Positions 11,110 through 23,686 of a stretch of DNA of 64,000 bases are shown in pieces. This DNA comes from Octopus vulgaris (lineage: Eukaryota): the NCBI GenBank assembly GCA_951406725.2, contig OX597820.1, positions 100,130,001-100,194,000 on the forward strand, read 5' to 3'. Made by a program: the position numbers and the translations under genes. The notes beneath the pieces were generated by a model, which saw nothing but the letters and a program-made list of their open reading frames with translations, was not told the DNA's origin and made no database searches. The stretch's first letter is position 1. Each line of letters begins with the position of its first letter.

Positions 11110-11570
11110 AGTACGACATGGGGAGACATAATGGGGAAATCGACCTACGTGAGTAGAGGCAAGAAATTTGGTACGGTGGAGGTGAGATGTGCAACGGAAG
11201 AAATTGCAGCCTCACTGGCTACCACTGTACTAAGAGCGGAAACATTTATAATGTGGCCTCATACAAGGGAAGAAGAGGGGTCCGGGTTAAAATCCCGAAT
11301 ATACCCCCAGAAGTGAAAACAGAATGGCTGGCAACAGCTATTCTAGGAGCAGCAGAAGAGGAAGTGGAGGTGGAATCCATTAAGGAGTCCAACGCGGTAA
11401 ACTGGAGAGGATATGGTGTAGAAATGTGTTTGATGGCCACAAAAGAGGACATTGAAAGGTTCCCCTACAGAATAGAAATTGAAGATGAGAAAACCCTCAG
11501 TGTAATTGTAGAGGGAAGAAAGCCAAACTGCTACTTGTGCGGGACAAGGGGGCACATTAAAAAAGAGGAA
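11110..11570 (+). pseudogene. Divergent Tx1/L1 ORF1 fragment with partial zinc knuckle
   Basis: 'VKIPNIPPEV...VEGRKPNCYLCGTRGHIKKE' is paralogous to 'ISMNNIPPEA...VEGRKPRCFGCGKKGHVRAEC' in the neighbouring LINE; frameshifted. Confidence 0.75.
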
Positions 11571-11788
11571 ATCAATTTTTTGCGTTATTAGTAAGTTGAT
11601 ATATATTTTTGCTCTCGTACTATTATCTCTGTTATTATATACTGTTGGTCTACCTGTTTTGTCTAATGTTGTCTAACTGACGAAGTCAGCCTTCGCGCGA
11701 AGACTTAGCGTTGGTGTTCCCCCCTCAGTGGGGGAAAACTACAATTAATTTGGATTTACCAAAGGCTTGTTAAAGCCATTTGTTCAAG

Positions 11789-13152
11789 ATGGAGTCCCCC
11801 ATCTCTTATTCGCCCATGACGAGCGGGGATGAATACCCGGCGTTGTCGCCAGGAAAAAAAGTGGCGTTGTCGCCAAGAAAAAAAGAGGCGTTGTCGCCGA
11901 AGAAAAAAGAGGCGGCGTCGCCCAAGAAAATGGAAAAACCAGTACCAGCATCAACTCCAGCAAAAAAATTCGGTGAAGTGGCTGGGAAAAAGATCAAAAA
12001 AATAAATATAGAAAATTTTGGAAAATTTGCAGACTGTGTTAAAAAAGAAGGCACAGAAGTGACTGTGGCCACAAATATACAAAAACATGACGAGATAGAA
12101 AAAAAAAGAATAATATTTAAAACTTACGACACAACGACAAAAATGATACAAAAAATCGAAGAAAAAAAATAGAGTTTTGTCTAAAACCTTTTATGGATAA
12201 AATAACGTATATAAACAGAGGAAAAAGATACGGCACAGTGGAGGAGATAGCGAAGAAACTATCAATGGAGCCAATCAAAGCGGAAAACATTGTCTTACTA
12301 CCATTGTATAAAGGAAAAAGGACGTCGAAAATTTCAATGAACAATATACCGCCAGAGGCAGATGCTGAATGTCTGGTGGCAGCAGTGATGGTAGGTCTGG
12401 AGGAAAAAATAAACATCCTCCAGGCCACAGTGGAGGAAGAGGAGTTTTGGAAAGGGCAAAAATAGTGATAGCCATTCAGGCGGAGGTGCAAACACTGGAA
12501 GAAATTCCAGAAACGGTAAAGATTAGTGAAGACGAGAAAATAACAGTTTTCGTGGAGGGCAGGAAGCCGAGGTGCTTCGGCTGCGGCAAGAAGGGTCATG
12601 TAAGGGCGGAATGCCAACCCCAACCCAAACCGCAGGAAGCACCAAAGCCAAAAGAAAAAGAAGATAATGTGTCACCAGAAGCAGCGTCGGACGGCCCAGA
12701 AGGGAAGACTGAAGGTGTGGAGGTGACGGTGACAGCAGAACCAGCGGCGGAGGAAAAAAAGAGCGAGGAAAAGATAAATGAGGAGGGGTGGGCAAAAATT
12801 ACCGGAAAAAAAAAAAGAAAAACGGAAACCACTCCTCCCAGAGTAATTTTAAAAAAAGAAAAAAGAGTCAATGAACTCGTATATGGCCGTAAAGGCAGCA
12901 AATAGCAGACTCGGAAACGTGTTGGCAGCCATGGCCAAAGTGGAGAAAGTAGTGAAAAAAAACGACTTTGTAATTTACAGAATAGGCCGGAAGGATTACG
13001 GGCGGATAAAGTCAGAATTCTTCCATGACGTAGGCCCACTTAGATTGGATGTGACATCTCCACATATATTCAAGGGCCTACGTCAGACTCCCCCACGAGG
13101 CCCAGAAAAAAAAGAGTTAGAAGAACAAGAGAAAACCGAACCACTGATATAA
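11789..13152 (+). pseudogene. LINE ORF1 (gag-like), broken into several frames mostly at A-runs
   Basis: ORF pieces 11780-12172, 12193-12465, 12369-12905 and 12871-13152; CX2CX4HX4C 'CFGCGKKGHVRAEC'. Confidence 0.8.
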
Positions 13153-13160
13153 GGTAAGTA

Positions 13161-16100
13161 ATGGATTACATTTATGTTGGTTGTTTGAATGTGCGCGGCC
13201 TGGGAGCAGGCTGGAAGCAAGGTCGCTTCCTGCATGATATCAGGGCGCGTAATTTAGATGTTATTGTTGCTACAGAAACCCGGTTAGAGGGGCCAAGAGG
13301 TCTACTCCCGCTGTTTGACGGCTACGAGAGTTTTTTCTCTCCTGGCAGTCCTACAGGCGGGAGTGGGGTGTTGGTCCTATTAAAAAGAAACCGGGTTTCT
13401 GAGAAAAAGTTAATTTTTGCAGATCCAGAAGGTAGGCTGGTCGTCATGGATTTGACGTTCAGTAATGGTAAAGTTATCAGACTGGTTGCAATTTACGCAC
13501 CCAACCATACAGGGCAAAGTGATTATTTTCGTGAACTAGAAAACTTTCTTGGTACTTCGCATTCATTAGTGGTGCTAGGAGACTTTAACACAATTTGCAA
13601 AGCGGATGTAGATTGTGTTGGCTCGCGTCCAGATAGAAAAGGCAACAGTGGCTTCATGGAACTGCTAAGCCGCTTTGAGCTAGCAGATCCTTATAGGCTG
13701 GAATTTCCGAACGCTCCATTGTGGACATGGTCAAACAGCGACGGATCTTCCAGGTCATATTTAGATAGAATACTAATTAGAAAAGTAGACAGTAAAATAG
13801 CTAAGTGTCCACAGTTTTACCCGATCAGCTACAGTGATCATAAAATGGTCACTTGTAAGCTTGACATAGATAAGGTTAAAAATAGAGGATCCGGTTACTG
13901 GAAACTTAATACGTCCCTTTTGGCGATTAAGGAGTACAAAGACCGGATTAGGAATATAATTCAGAGGGCACTATCTGGTACCATCATTAATAACAAATGG
14001 TGGTACGCCCTCAAACGAGCCATCAAGTTTGAGTCTATTAGATATAGCATAGGAGTAGTGGCTAGAGAGGCTAGAAGGGAAACTACTCTAGTTAAGGAAT
14101 TAGAGGAAGCCATGAAAACTGGCTCTGCGGCTCAGGTGGCGTCCAAGAGACTGGTGTTAAACCAGCACCTCGAGGCCAAACACATGGGCTGCATTGTCAG
14201 GGCTAGAATCCGCCATATGGGATGTGAAGGAATCAACGCCGTGAGATGGGCCCGAGTGGTGGAAGCTCGGCATGGTAACGATGCCACGTTTCGATCTTTA
14301 ACGAACCAACAAGGTGAGTTGATAAACGAACCCGAGGAGATGTGTGAGGCCTTTCAGGAGCACTTCGCTCAGCTTTTCGGTGAGTGCGGCGGACTGGATA
14401 GGAGGAGGGCCTTTACGGACCTACTCGACGGGCTGCCGCGCTTATCGGGGCGAGATGCGGAGGGCTGTGAAGGGCCAATCACGCCTGAGGAGGTGGTTGA
14501 GGCAATGGCGGACTGCGGCGCGGGCAAGGCGCCGGGTTTGGATGGTCTACCCTATGAGTTATATAAGAGTATGCCAGACTTGTTCGGGCACCTACTGGCG
14601 GAGGTCTATGCGAACTGGCAGCAGAACGGGCTTATACCCAGATCTGTGCGCCGGGGAGTAGTGACTCTCGTCAGAAAGGACCCGAGCAAGGGGAGTGCAT
14701 TGATAATTTCAGGCCCATCACTCTGCTAAACACAGAGTTGAAGATTTTGGCCAAAGTGTTATTGAAAAGATTGGCGCGTGTCGCGGATGGTCTGATCGGA
14801 GAGGCACAGACATGTGCCGTTCATGGCAGATCCATTCAGGATAATCTCCATCTAATGCGGTACACTATAGAGGGGTTTAATAGTGATTCTGGCAAGGGTG
14901 GGGCACTGGTCCATTTAGACCAATCTAAAGCTTTTGATAGGGTCGACCATCGTTACCTGGTATCTGCCCTGGCACAGTTCGGGCTGAGCCTTGGCTTCCT
15001 CAGGTGGATTATCCAAATTTATGATAACATCGACTCGGTAGTTCGGGTGAACGGCTTCTTGTCGAAGCCGTTCAAAATCAAACGCTCGGTTCGTCAAGGG
15101 TGTCCGCTCTCCCCGCTTTTGTACGTGATGGCTCTTGAGCCATTACTGCGAAAACTGAGCGGCATCCCGAGACAGCCAGGTAATGGAAAATCAGTGTCAG
15201 CGTACGCGGATGACATCACCATCATCGTAACCGAAATGGACCACCTATGTAAAGTAGGCAAGGCCATAGAGGTTTACGAGACGGTGACAGGAGCAAAAGT
15301 TAATCGCGAAAAGTCAGTCGGCTTGCAACTCGGCACCTGGAGAGGCAAGTCGATGCCTCCTGACAGCGTCGTGGGACGTTGGACGGAGGGTCCGATTAAA
15401 CTGCTAGGGGTCTGGTTCGGTCCAGACCTCCAAATAGAGAAGAATTGGGGCGAGGTAACGAGCAAAGTGGCTGCAGTAGCCAAGACCTGGTCTTGGCGGT
15501 GGCTATCCCTGAAAGGGAGGGCGGAGGTGGCCAATGTGTTTATCGCATCGGTTATCACCTACCGCCTTTCCGTCGTTCCTTGCCCTGATTCGTGGTTGAT
15601 CAAGTTGGAAAGACAGCTCTTCTACTTCTTGTGGAAGGGCGGGAAACCACTTGTGAAACGCTCTACTTGCTGTCAACAACCGTTAAAGGGTGGGCTAGGG
15701 ATGCCTTGGCTGATGATGCGCAGACATGCGCTGAGGTTAAGACATCTGTGGCTCTACCTGGATGGTGAACGGGTGTGGTCTTCGCTAGCAAAACTGATGT
15801 TTCCCAAGTTCACTAGTTTCGGTGGATGGGAAACCTGGCTGAATCGTAGATCGAAACTTGGTACTTGGTACACGGAGTGTCGCAAGGCTCTCCTGCTATT
15901 TCGTCGCTCGGGCAACGCCTGCGGTGGGGGTTCCACCACATTCTTCTATAGAGGGTTGGTAGAGGCGGAATGTGAAGATACCTTGGGGGAAACCCTAGGT
16001 CTCGACGATAATCAGCTGGCCAGTCTGTTCCGACGTACGTTCGAGCCGAGGACACTGGACAACTTCCAGAAGTCTCTGGCATGGCAATGCTACAGAGGAG

Positions 16101-16555
16101 CTCTACCTGTTCGGGATAAACTCGCAAGGCACGGTGGCCAAGACAGTCCGATATGTCCAAGATGCGGGCGGGATAGGGAAACCGTCCCGCACGCTATTGT
16201 TCATTGTCCGGACGTGTCTGAGGTGTGGGTTTATGCTGAACAGCTGTTGTCAGGTACACGAAGAGTACAGCTGTCGACTGAGTCGATTACAAAAATTGAC
16301 CCACCGGATTTCCTCGTGAATGAAGGTAAGTTTCGTTTTCTCGTTGTAGTAGCAATTGCGAAAGAGGTGATATGGAAGACGAGAATGAAAGGTTTACAGT
16401 CAGGCAAGTTCATCTCCGGCCCTGGTTTGATGAAGTATTTCATCTTTCACCTGAAAAGGAAGATAGGGCTGGAGAGAATATGCCTGACTAGGAGAGTGTA
16501 TGAAGAACGATGGAAGGATGTAGCACGAAACTTGCGAGTGAAAGATACAACATAA
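13161..16555 (+). CDS. LINE ORF2: APE endonuclease, reverse transcriptase and C-terminal Cys/His finger; one frameshift near 14700
   Basis: EN motifs LNVRGL, TET, GDFN, YLDRI, SDH; 'KAPGLDGL'; shifted frame gives 'DNFRPITLLNTELKILAK'; RT 'KAFDRV', 'QGCPLSP', 'YADD'; 'CPRC....ETVPHAIVHC'. Confidence 0.9.
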
Positions 16556-17414
16556 ATGTAATACCAAGCGCAACCAAAAGTATCAGTGGGGAGGCGGGGC
16601 TCGTGGGGTCCGAGCTAAACCCGCACCCACTCCACCCGTAATGTCTTCCGGTCTGTCCCATCATTCGATTTCTGTCCATTTATTGTAATTCATGAAAATT
16701 TTTAAATCCGATTTATTGTAAAAACCCATTCGTTTGTCTGACCCCATCATCAGATTGTATTGTCCCATCTATGTTCGCCCCTTGTGGGTAATAATAAAAC
16801 AACATGGAGGAAAGCACCTTCAAAAAGTGTCTTGGTGCGACTATGAAAGACATCTAATCAGAGGCGATAAATTCGCCACAATAGAAGCAAGGTTCGAGTC
16901 AACGGAGCGTGCAAGGGAGTACTCGACTCGAACTTGCAAAGTGGAAATATTTCATTTTTACCTTTATATCTGGGAGGTAGGACGTCCCGGAAAAAAATTA
17001 AATGCCCCCTCATCTAGAAGTAGAGGTAGGCTGGATTGTAGCCACACTTCTATACAAGAGGGAAGGACAAGATACAATTGATCGAAATTACAAGAGATGG
17101 ACTAACAATTCCAGTCTGTAATATATTTTGAGTATTGTTATCACTAGCGATATCAAGATATAACTTTGTATTTGGATTTTATGTGTAGATGTATATATAT
17201 AGATGTACATGTAATATGAACGCATATATATACACATATATACATGCACTAGCATTATGACCCGGCGACGACGGGTCTTTAATGCTAGTATGCTTATAAA
17301 GTAGCATTCAGTATCTAGGAGAATTTTGGGGAGTACGTAATGTCTGGTCTTTCGCATGTAGCAGGTATGTAATTGTGCATTTGTTTCCGTGTACTATGTG
17401 TTGTGTGTAAAAAA

Positions 17415-17496
17415 CATTCTGACAAGGGGAGTGTCTAATTTAAATATATCATATGTTTCATATTAATTGATGCATCTCCGAAACGGCCTGTAGATG
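17415..17496 (+). ncRNA. Duplicate of the 2162 hammerhead with a G8A core change (probably inactive)
   Basis: catt-CTGACAA-GGGGAGTGTC...GATGCATCTCC-GAAAC-ggcct-GTA-gatg. Confidence 0.6.
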
Positions 17497-17624
17497 AACT
17501 TTAAGGTATTTTTGTAAATTTGTATATTTATCTTCTATGTATTTTTATCTGGATTTTTAATTATGTCATTTTATGTTTTATTAGCCCAAATTTTTAATTT
17601 AGTAAATTTATAACAAACTAGCTA

Positions 17625-17681
<57 letters not shown>

Positions 17682-17687
<6 letters not shown>

Positions 17688-18122
17688 ATAGGATTAGCTC
17701 GTATACGAGTAGGTATACATTTGTAAAAAATGAAGTTCGAAAATGCTGCTATATTATACAAATTTTTAATTTTTATATATACATTATAACATGTTTCGGT
17801 TCTTGAAATGAACCTTATCAAAAAAAGTTATATATAAAAAAAGATAGTTCATGCTATCAAATATAAAAAATTCATTTATAATACACAATAGAGTCAGACA
17901 TCAAAAAGTTCATATATAGTGTGAAGTGAGTTCGTTCATGCTATATGTTTAAAGTGTCTGATGCAGTGGTTCATAGTGGTGATATGCATTCAATATAAAA
18001 AATAGATCAAAGTGGTGATATGCAGTCAATATAAAAAATTGATGTTCCTGAAAGAGCGAGGAATTCATTTTAGATTTTACCTTTGAGCAACTGTAATGAC
18101 TTATGGTCGGTGTTCGCTGGAT
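17682..18122 (-). mobile_element. Putative Penelope pLTR-like fragment in (TA)n, with a U3-A8 hammerhead at 17784-17825
   Basis: Minus strand: TTGATAA-GGTTC-atttcaa-GAACC-GAAAC-at-GTT, helix I weak. TA-flanked and unique to unit 2. Confidence 0.55.
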
Positions 18123-18235
18123 GATATATATATATATATACATATATACATACATCAGACACACACATATATATTATATATATATTATATATATATTATA
18201 TGTGTATGTATATATATATACAGATGAATAGATAT

Positions 18236-18268
<33 letters not shown>

Positions 18269-18374
18269 AAGACAGGCAGGCAGGCAGACAGAGAGATAGA
18301 TAGATAGATATATAGATAGACAGACAGGCAGACAGACAGATAGATAGATAGATAGATAGACAGAAAGGCAGACA

Positions 18375-18449
<75 letters not shown>

Positions 18450-19460
18450 TGACTGTGTTTTTGTATCTGTTTTCTTTTAATTTTTGCTTGTATTGTTAAC
18501 GTATAAAAAAAACTGCTCCGCGTCGACAAGGATACGATTTCAATCCACGCTACAATAAGTTGCTATTCTCCGTACAACAAACTTCTAATCTACTACTGTC
18601 CTGAAAGCCCTCGATTGACTGAACGCTCCTAGCAAAACCATATGAAAGAATGCTTTACTGTAAACGGAATGCACAAGGGGATCTTAGCTGATAATTTATT
18701 GTTCATCATCTGTTGAAAATAGTGACTGATGTGTGTTTGGCAAAATATGCTGTGATGTTAATTTAAGGCATGTTACACAGCTTTATAATACGTTTTTATC
18801 AATCCAGCTTCACAAACATGTATGTAAATTTCAGTTGTAAATACTGAGTGATAAGACAAAGGGAGCCACGCATTGCTCGTCACTCAAAAGCACAAAATGT
18901 TAAGTCCAAATATTATAATATTCTTAAGTGATGTTAAAGACCAAATTCCTATAGACCAAGATATATGATAAAATGTGAGGCAACGAAAGAGATTCTTTGT
19001 TGTTGTTCGACATGTTAGGAATAATAGTGAAATCACCCGCGAATTACATTTTAATGCTTAAAATAGAGAGGGCGGGTGCTTTGGATAATATAATTCTAAA
19101 TGTGCAATACACAAGAAAAGATCTAGATTAACGTGGGTGTGAATATCTGATTTTATACGTCTACTTAATGGATGCTGGTCTCGGTCTTAACAGCAGTAAA
19201 AATACATGCTTAGTGTATTCTACTGTTTATTGATAAATCATTTTTTTAAAAAATGTATTCGCTATTACAATCTTGCATTCATAATTACGATGGTTAATTA
19301 AAGAGGGAATGATATTTCGGTGGAAAAATCTTTATAAAAAACAATTAAAGACATGTAAATTAATTACAAAAAGTAAAAGAATCCATACTCGTTTCCCTTA
19401 ATACCAAAATATTTTATGAATTGTATTTATAAATCATATTCAAAAAAACTTACATAAATG

Positions 19461-20602
19461 TCAAATTTTGAAATATATAATTGAGAACCTTCGAAAATAT
19501 TTTCTTGTTTCGTAAAGTACAAAACATAGGATTATTGCTATAATTATCAGCCACACACGAATATAAAATATTTCGTCTGTATTATGTTCAATATACAAAA
19601 TTTCTCCTTGGTTCTTGGCCCTGCGATTAGCCAAAATGGTTAAAAGTTTTTCTTCTATAGCTTCCACGTGATTCCTATTACTTCTCTTATCAGTTACTGC
19701 AAACATTAGTACACTTGACACATAATCAGGTGAAGAAAATTTCTGAATAGGATTGTAAAATTCATAAAATTTATTTAAGTAAGGTACCTCTATATTCAAT
19801 TTTTCTGCTAAAAGTCCATTCCAAGCATCATCAGGCATAAAAACATGGTTGTCCAATGCAGCAATATACAGTTTATTAATTAGAAAAATATGTGCCACAT
19901 AACCCACGCCATTACAAAATCGGGGAAAGCGCTTTCCTTTGTAAAGAATATTCTGAGGAACGTGTTTAACTTCGTGAAAGAATTTTATATTTCCTGGCCC
20001 TTCATGTCTGTAACAGGCTACAAAACGATCTTTACGTGTTGATTGAAGCAACTGATGTTGTAGATGAGGCACCAATTTGTATTGATCTACAAAAAGTTCA
20101 TCGTTCATGACCATGACATAATCAGCGTTACCACAAAATTCTACACTCCATTTCCACGCCATTATTGTTTTTAATGAAACATTAGTGTAGGACTCCATAA
20201 AATCTTCCTGAATGATATCTCTATACTTATTACTCTCGTTCTGAATTAAGGATTCTAATGTAGAATTTTTTGTTTTACCAAATATGAAAACATGTCTAAC
20301 AATTATATTTTTTGAGTAAGGATCATGCGGAATATCCTGGAATATTTCTCTTAGTATTTCCCGACGACCAAAATTGGTGTGAAAGCTTCTAACAATATAG
20401 AGAAGTAAAAGTCGTTCATGCCTAGAACAGAGATCTGGTTCATTGATAAGTCTTTTGAAGTTGTGTTTGTAAGGTCGTGGTTTATCATAATACTCATCTG
20501 GAACATTTGAATGCTTCGGTTTTTTTCTATAAGTCACTTTGGTATGTTTTAATATCGATGTTCTTTTATCGAAGTACGACTGTTCAAGAGCAAAACTTAT
20601 AC
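19461..20602 (-). CDS. GT31 galactosyltransferase-like main coding exon, copy 2
   Basis: Open frame, about 17 amino-acid differences from copy 1 (counted by eye); same acceptor at 20603-20604. Confidence 0.85.
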
Positions 20603-21794
20603 CTAAAAAGAAAAGAAATGCCAATTATGTATTACAAAAATCTAAAAAATATATTATGTATTACAATTATGTATTACAATTTATGCATTACAAAAATTTT
20701 TCAAAAGCATGAGTTCCAATTATATATTACAAAAATGTATATCATTAGCGCAGAGAAAATCAGGTTATTCTTCATTTGTTTTCAATAGCACTGTTTCACT
20801 CATCACATTGAACTATCTCACGTTATTTCAATTTTTTTAGATGACACTCTTACATAAATAACTACTATCACTACTCGTGAAACTTCCTGAATTATTTTTG
20901 AAATTGTAACACAAAATTGTATATTTTTCTGAAATGATTGATTCTTGAGATGGTATAAAAATCCACATAGGTAGCATTGAAGACGCAGTCTCAAGAAACA
21001 ACTTTTTTTGAAAGCTACATTCTTATGCTTAGTACTTTGTGAGTTATCTAATATTTTTCGCTTTTTGCCAAGAAGTAAACAATATAAACTATGGAACAAA
21101 GTTGAAGACATTATCTTCAATTATTATTCTGATGCTGTACGTTGGTATGGATATGCATGGCTTAGTGGTTTGGGTGTGGCACTTACGAAGGCAACGCTGT
21201 TTTTGATTCCTGGACTGCTGATGCGTTGTGTTCTTGAGCAAAACACTTCATTTCACATTGTTCCAGTACACTCAGCAAAACAAAAATGAATAATTCTGCG
21301 ACGGAGTGGTTTACTGTCCAGGATGCGATGTATATGCCACAGAGTCCGAGAAACCGGATTCATGAGTGAATGGTTCGGGAAAGACTCTTGATCCTCCTTT
21401 TGGACAGTATATTTGTAAAGTTTCGACAAATCAGAATATGCTATTTGGAAAAGAAAACTATAAAAACGATTAATGTTAAACTTTCTTGTATTTTCCTATT
21501 CTTAGTTTACATTGTATATCGTTGTCCTTATTTTATAAACAAGTATTCTTCGACTGAGCAAGCAAAATTTAATAACAATTAAACGCATGCATCAAAAGAT
21601 AGGTGATATAAAATATTTTCAAAAACATTAAAAACTACATTTTTTGCTGTCCAGCCACCACTGCTACCTCCATTAAGCAATATCCACCACTATCATCATT
21701 TAACGGCCGAGCACCGGCACTATACTTATCACTAACAAGGCTCAGTCTAAATTATTCGCCACTCAAGATCATACACACATACATACATATATAA

Positions 21795-21832
<38 letters not shown>

Positions 21833-22650
21833 AAGCCACTTGGTGGTAAATGGATGTACTATTAAATTAGTATCCAATTTTCTCACCCTTATCGTTTGAT
21901 TATATATATATCCCACTTCTGACAGATAATTTTTTCCCCGTTACTTAGCGGTTCGGCAAAACAGACCGATAGAATAAGTACTGGGCTTACATAAGAATAA
22001 GTCCCAGGGTCGTGTTGCACGATTAAAAAGGCGGTGCTCCAGCATGGCCGCATTCAAATGACTGAAACAAGCAAAAGAGAGTAAATATATATATATATAT
22101 ATATTTTAACAATTGAGGATAAAATCTTTAAAAGAAATTATCGGTAGTCAGCGTGAAAAACCTCGTAAGAGAAAAAATCCGTAAATTCTTCCTCTTTGAA
22201 AATATTCATTTATATTATATTGAGGGTACTACTATTCGTAGATACCAACACGCTAAGAGGGACCAATGCGGTCAAAACTACTAAAAATAAACAAAATTGG
22301 TCCCTCTTAGCGTGTTGGTATCTACGAATAGTAGTACCCTCAATATAATATAAATGAATATTTTCAAAGAGGAAGAATTTACGGATTTTTTCTCTTACGA
22401 GGTTTTTCACGCTGACTACTGATAATTTCTTTTAAAGATTTTATCCTCAATTGTTAATTTATATTCTTCACCGGAATAGTTCAATACTGAATTTTTATTC
22501 CGACTAGGCAATTAGTTACCGAAATGCATTGCGAAAAAGCCCGCCATTTTCATAGATATGTAAGGATAAACATTCGTACATGCTACGACGAATTCTACGG
22601 TTGGCTATCGAGTTTGTAATGTTATGTTTTTTCTTATATTTCTTGAGTTT

Positions 22651-22714
22651 GTTGCACTGACGAACATGAAATGCATATTCTGCATTAAATGCGAAATCAC
22701 ATGTGATATGTAAC
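22651..22714 (+). ncRNA. Type I hammerhead with palindromic helix III
   Basis: gttgca-CTGACGA-acatg-aaatgcatattctgcatt-aaatgc-GAAA-TCACATGTGA-TA-tgtaac; A.C mismatch at the helix II closing pair. Confidence 0.75.
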
Positions 22715-23146
22715 TGAATTCTTTTTAAAATGATGTGTTTTGAAGTTTTGCATTCGGTAAAATTTTGTTTATTTTTAGTAGTTTTCACCGCATTGGTCCC
22801 TCTTAGCGTGTTGGTATCTACGAATAGTAGTACCCTCAATATAATATAAATGAATATTTTCAAAGAGGAAGAATTTACGGATTTTTTCTCTTACGAGGTT
22901 TTTCACGCTGACTACTGATAATTTCTTTTAAAGATTTTATCCTCAATTGTTAATTTATAATTTTCACCGGAATAGCTCAATACTGAATTTTTATTCCGAC
23001 TATGCAATTAGTTACCGAAATGCATTGCGAAAAAGCCCGCCATTTTCATAGATATGTAAGGATAAACATTCGTACATGCTACGACGAATTCTACGGTTGG
23101 CTATCGAGTTTGTAATGTTATGTTTTTTCTTATATTTCTTGAGTTT

Positions 23147-23210
23147 GTTGCACTGACGAACATGAAATGCATATTCTGCATTAAATGCGAAATCACATGT
23201 GATATGTAAC
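23147..23210 (+). ncRNA. Second, identical hammerhead of the 496-bp tandem repeat
   Basis: Same sequence as 22651-22714. Confidence 0.75.
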
Positions 23211-23344
23211 TGAATTCTTTTTTAAAATGATGTGTTTTGAAGTTTTGCATTCGGTAAAATTTTGTTTAGTTTTAGTAGTTTTCACCGCATTGGTCCCTCT
23301 TAGCGTGTTGGTATCTACGAATAGTAGTACCCTCAATATAATAT

Positions 23345-23388
<44 letters not shown>

Positions 23389-23638
23389 TTGTGTCTGGAG
23401 AGATTCATTCTGTTTTAATGCCTTGTTAATTAACACAGTCACCGGTTGGGTTTCCACTCATTTACTTACTTATTTTTTCAATAGTCATTGACTGTGTCCG
23501 TCATTGGAGCTAAATTCTTTTTGTATGTTTGTTTGTGTGCATGTATATGCGTCAGTTTTGCATGTGTATATACATATGTATGTATGTATATAAATAGATA
23601 TGTATGTATGTATTATGTATGTATGTGTTTGTGTATCC

Positions 23639-23686
<48 letters not shown>

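Larger units (their letters stand above)
11685..16802 (+). mobile_element. Near full-length Tx1/L1-clade LINE (5' boundary approximate)
   Basis: ORF1 with a CCHC knuckle followed by ORF2 EN-RT-Cys finger; 3' end aataataaaacaa defined by comparison with the LINE-free junction at 63746. Confidence 0.92.
22106..23347 (+). mobile_element. pLTR/retrozyme-like insertion: inverted partial copy plus about 2.1 tandem 496-bp units, each with a hammerhead
   Basis: tccctcttag recurs at 22301, 22797 and 23294; inverted arms 22106-22267 and 22296-22457; sits in a (TA)n tract that is uninterrupted at 8332-8364 and 57641-57657. Confidence 0.8.

Noticed and set aside
12117-13039. Antisense ORFs over LINE ORF1, and other short ORFs overlapping ORF2
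   Set aside because: Shadow frames of purine-rich or GC-rich coding sequence.
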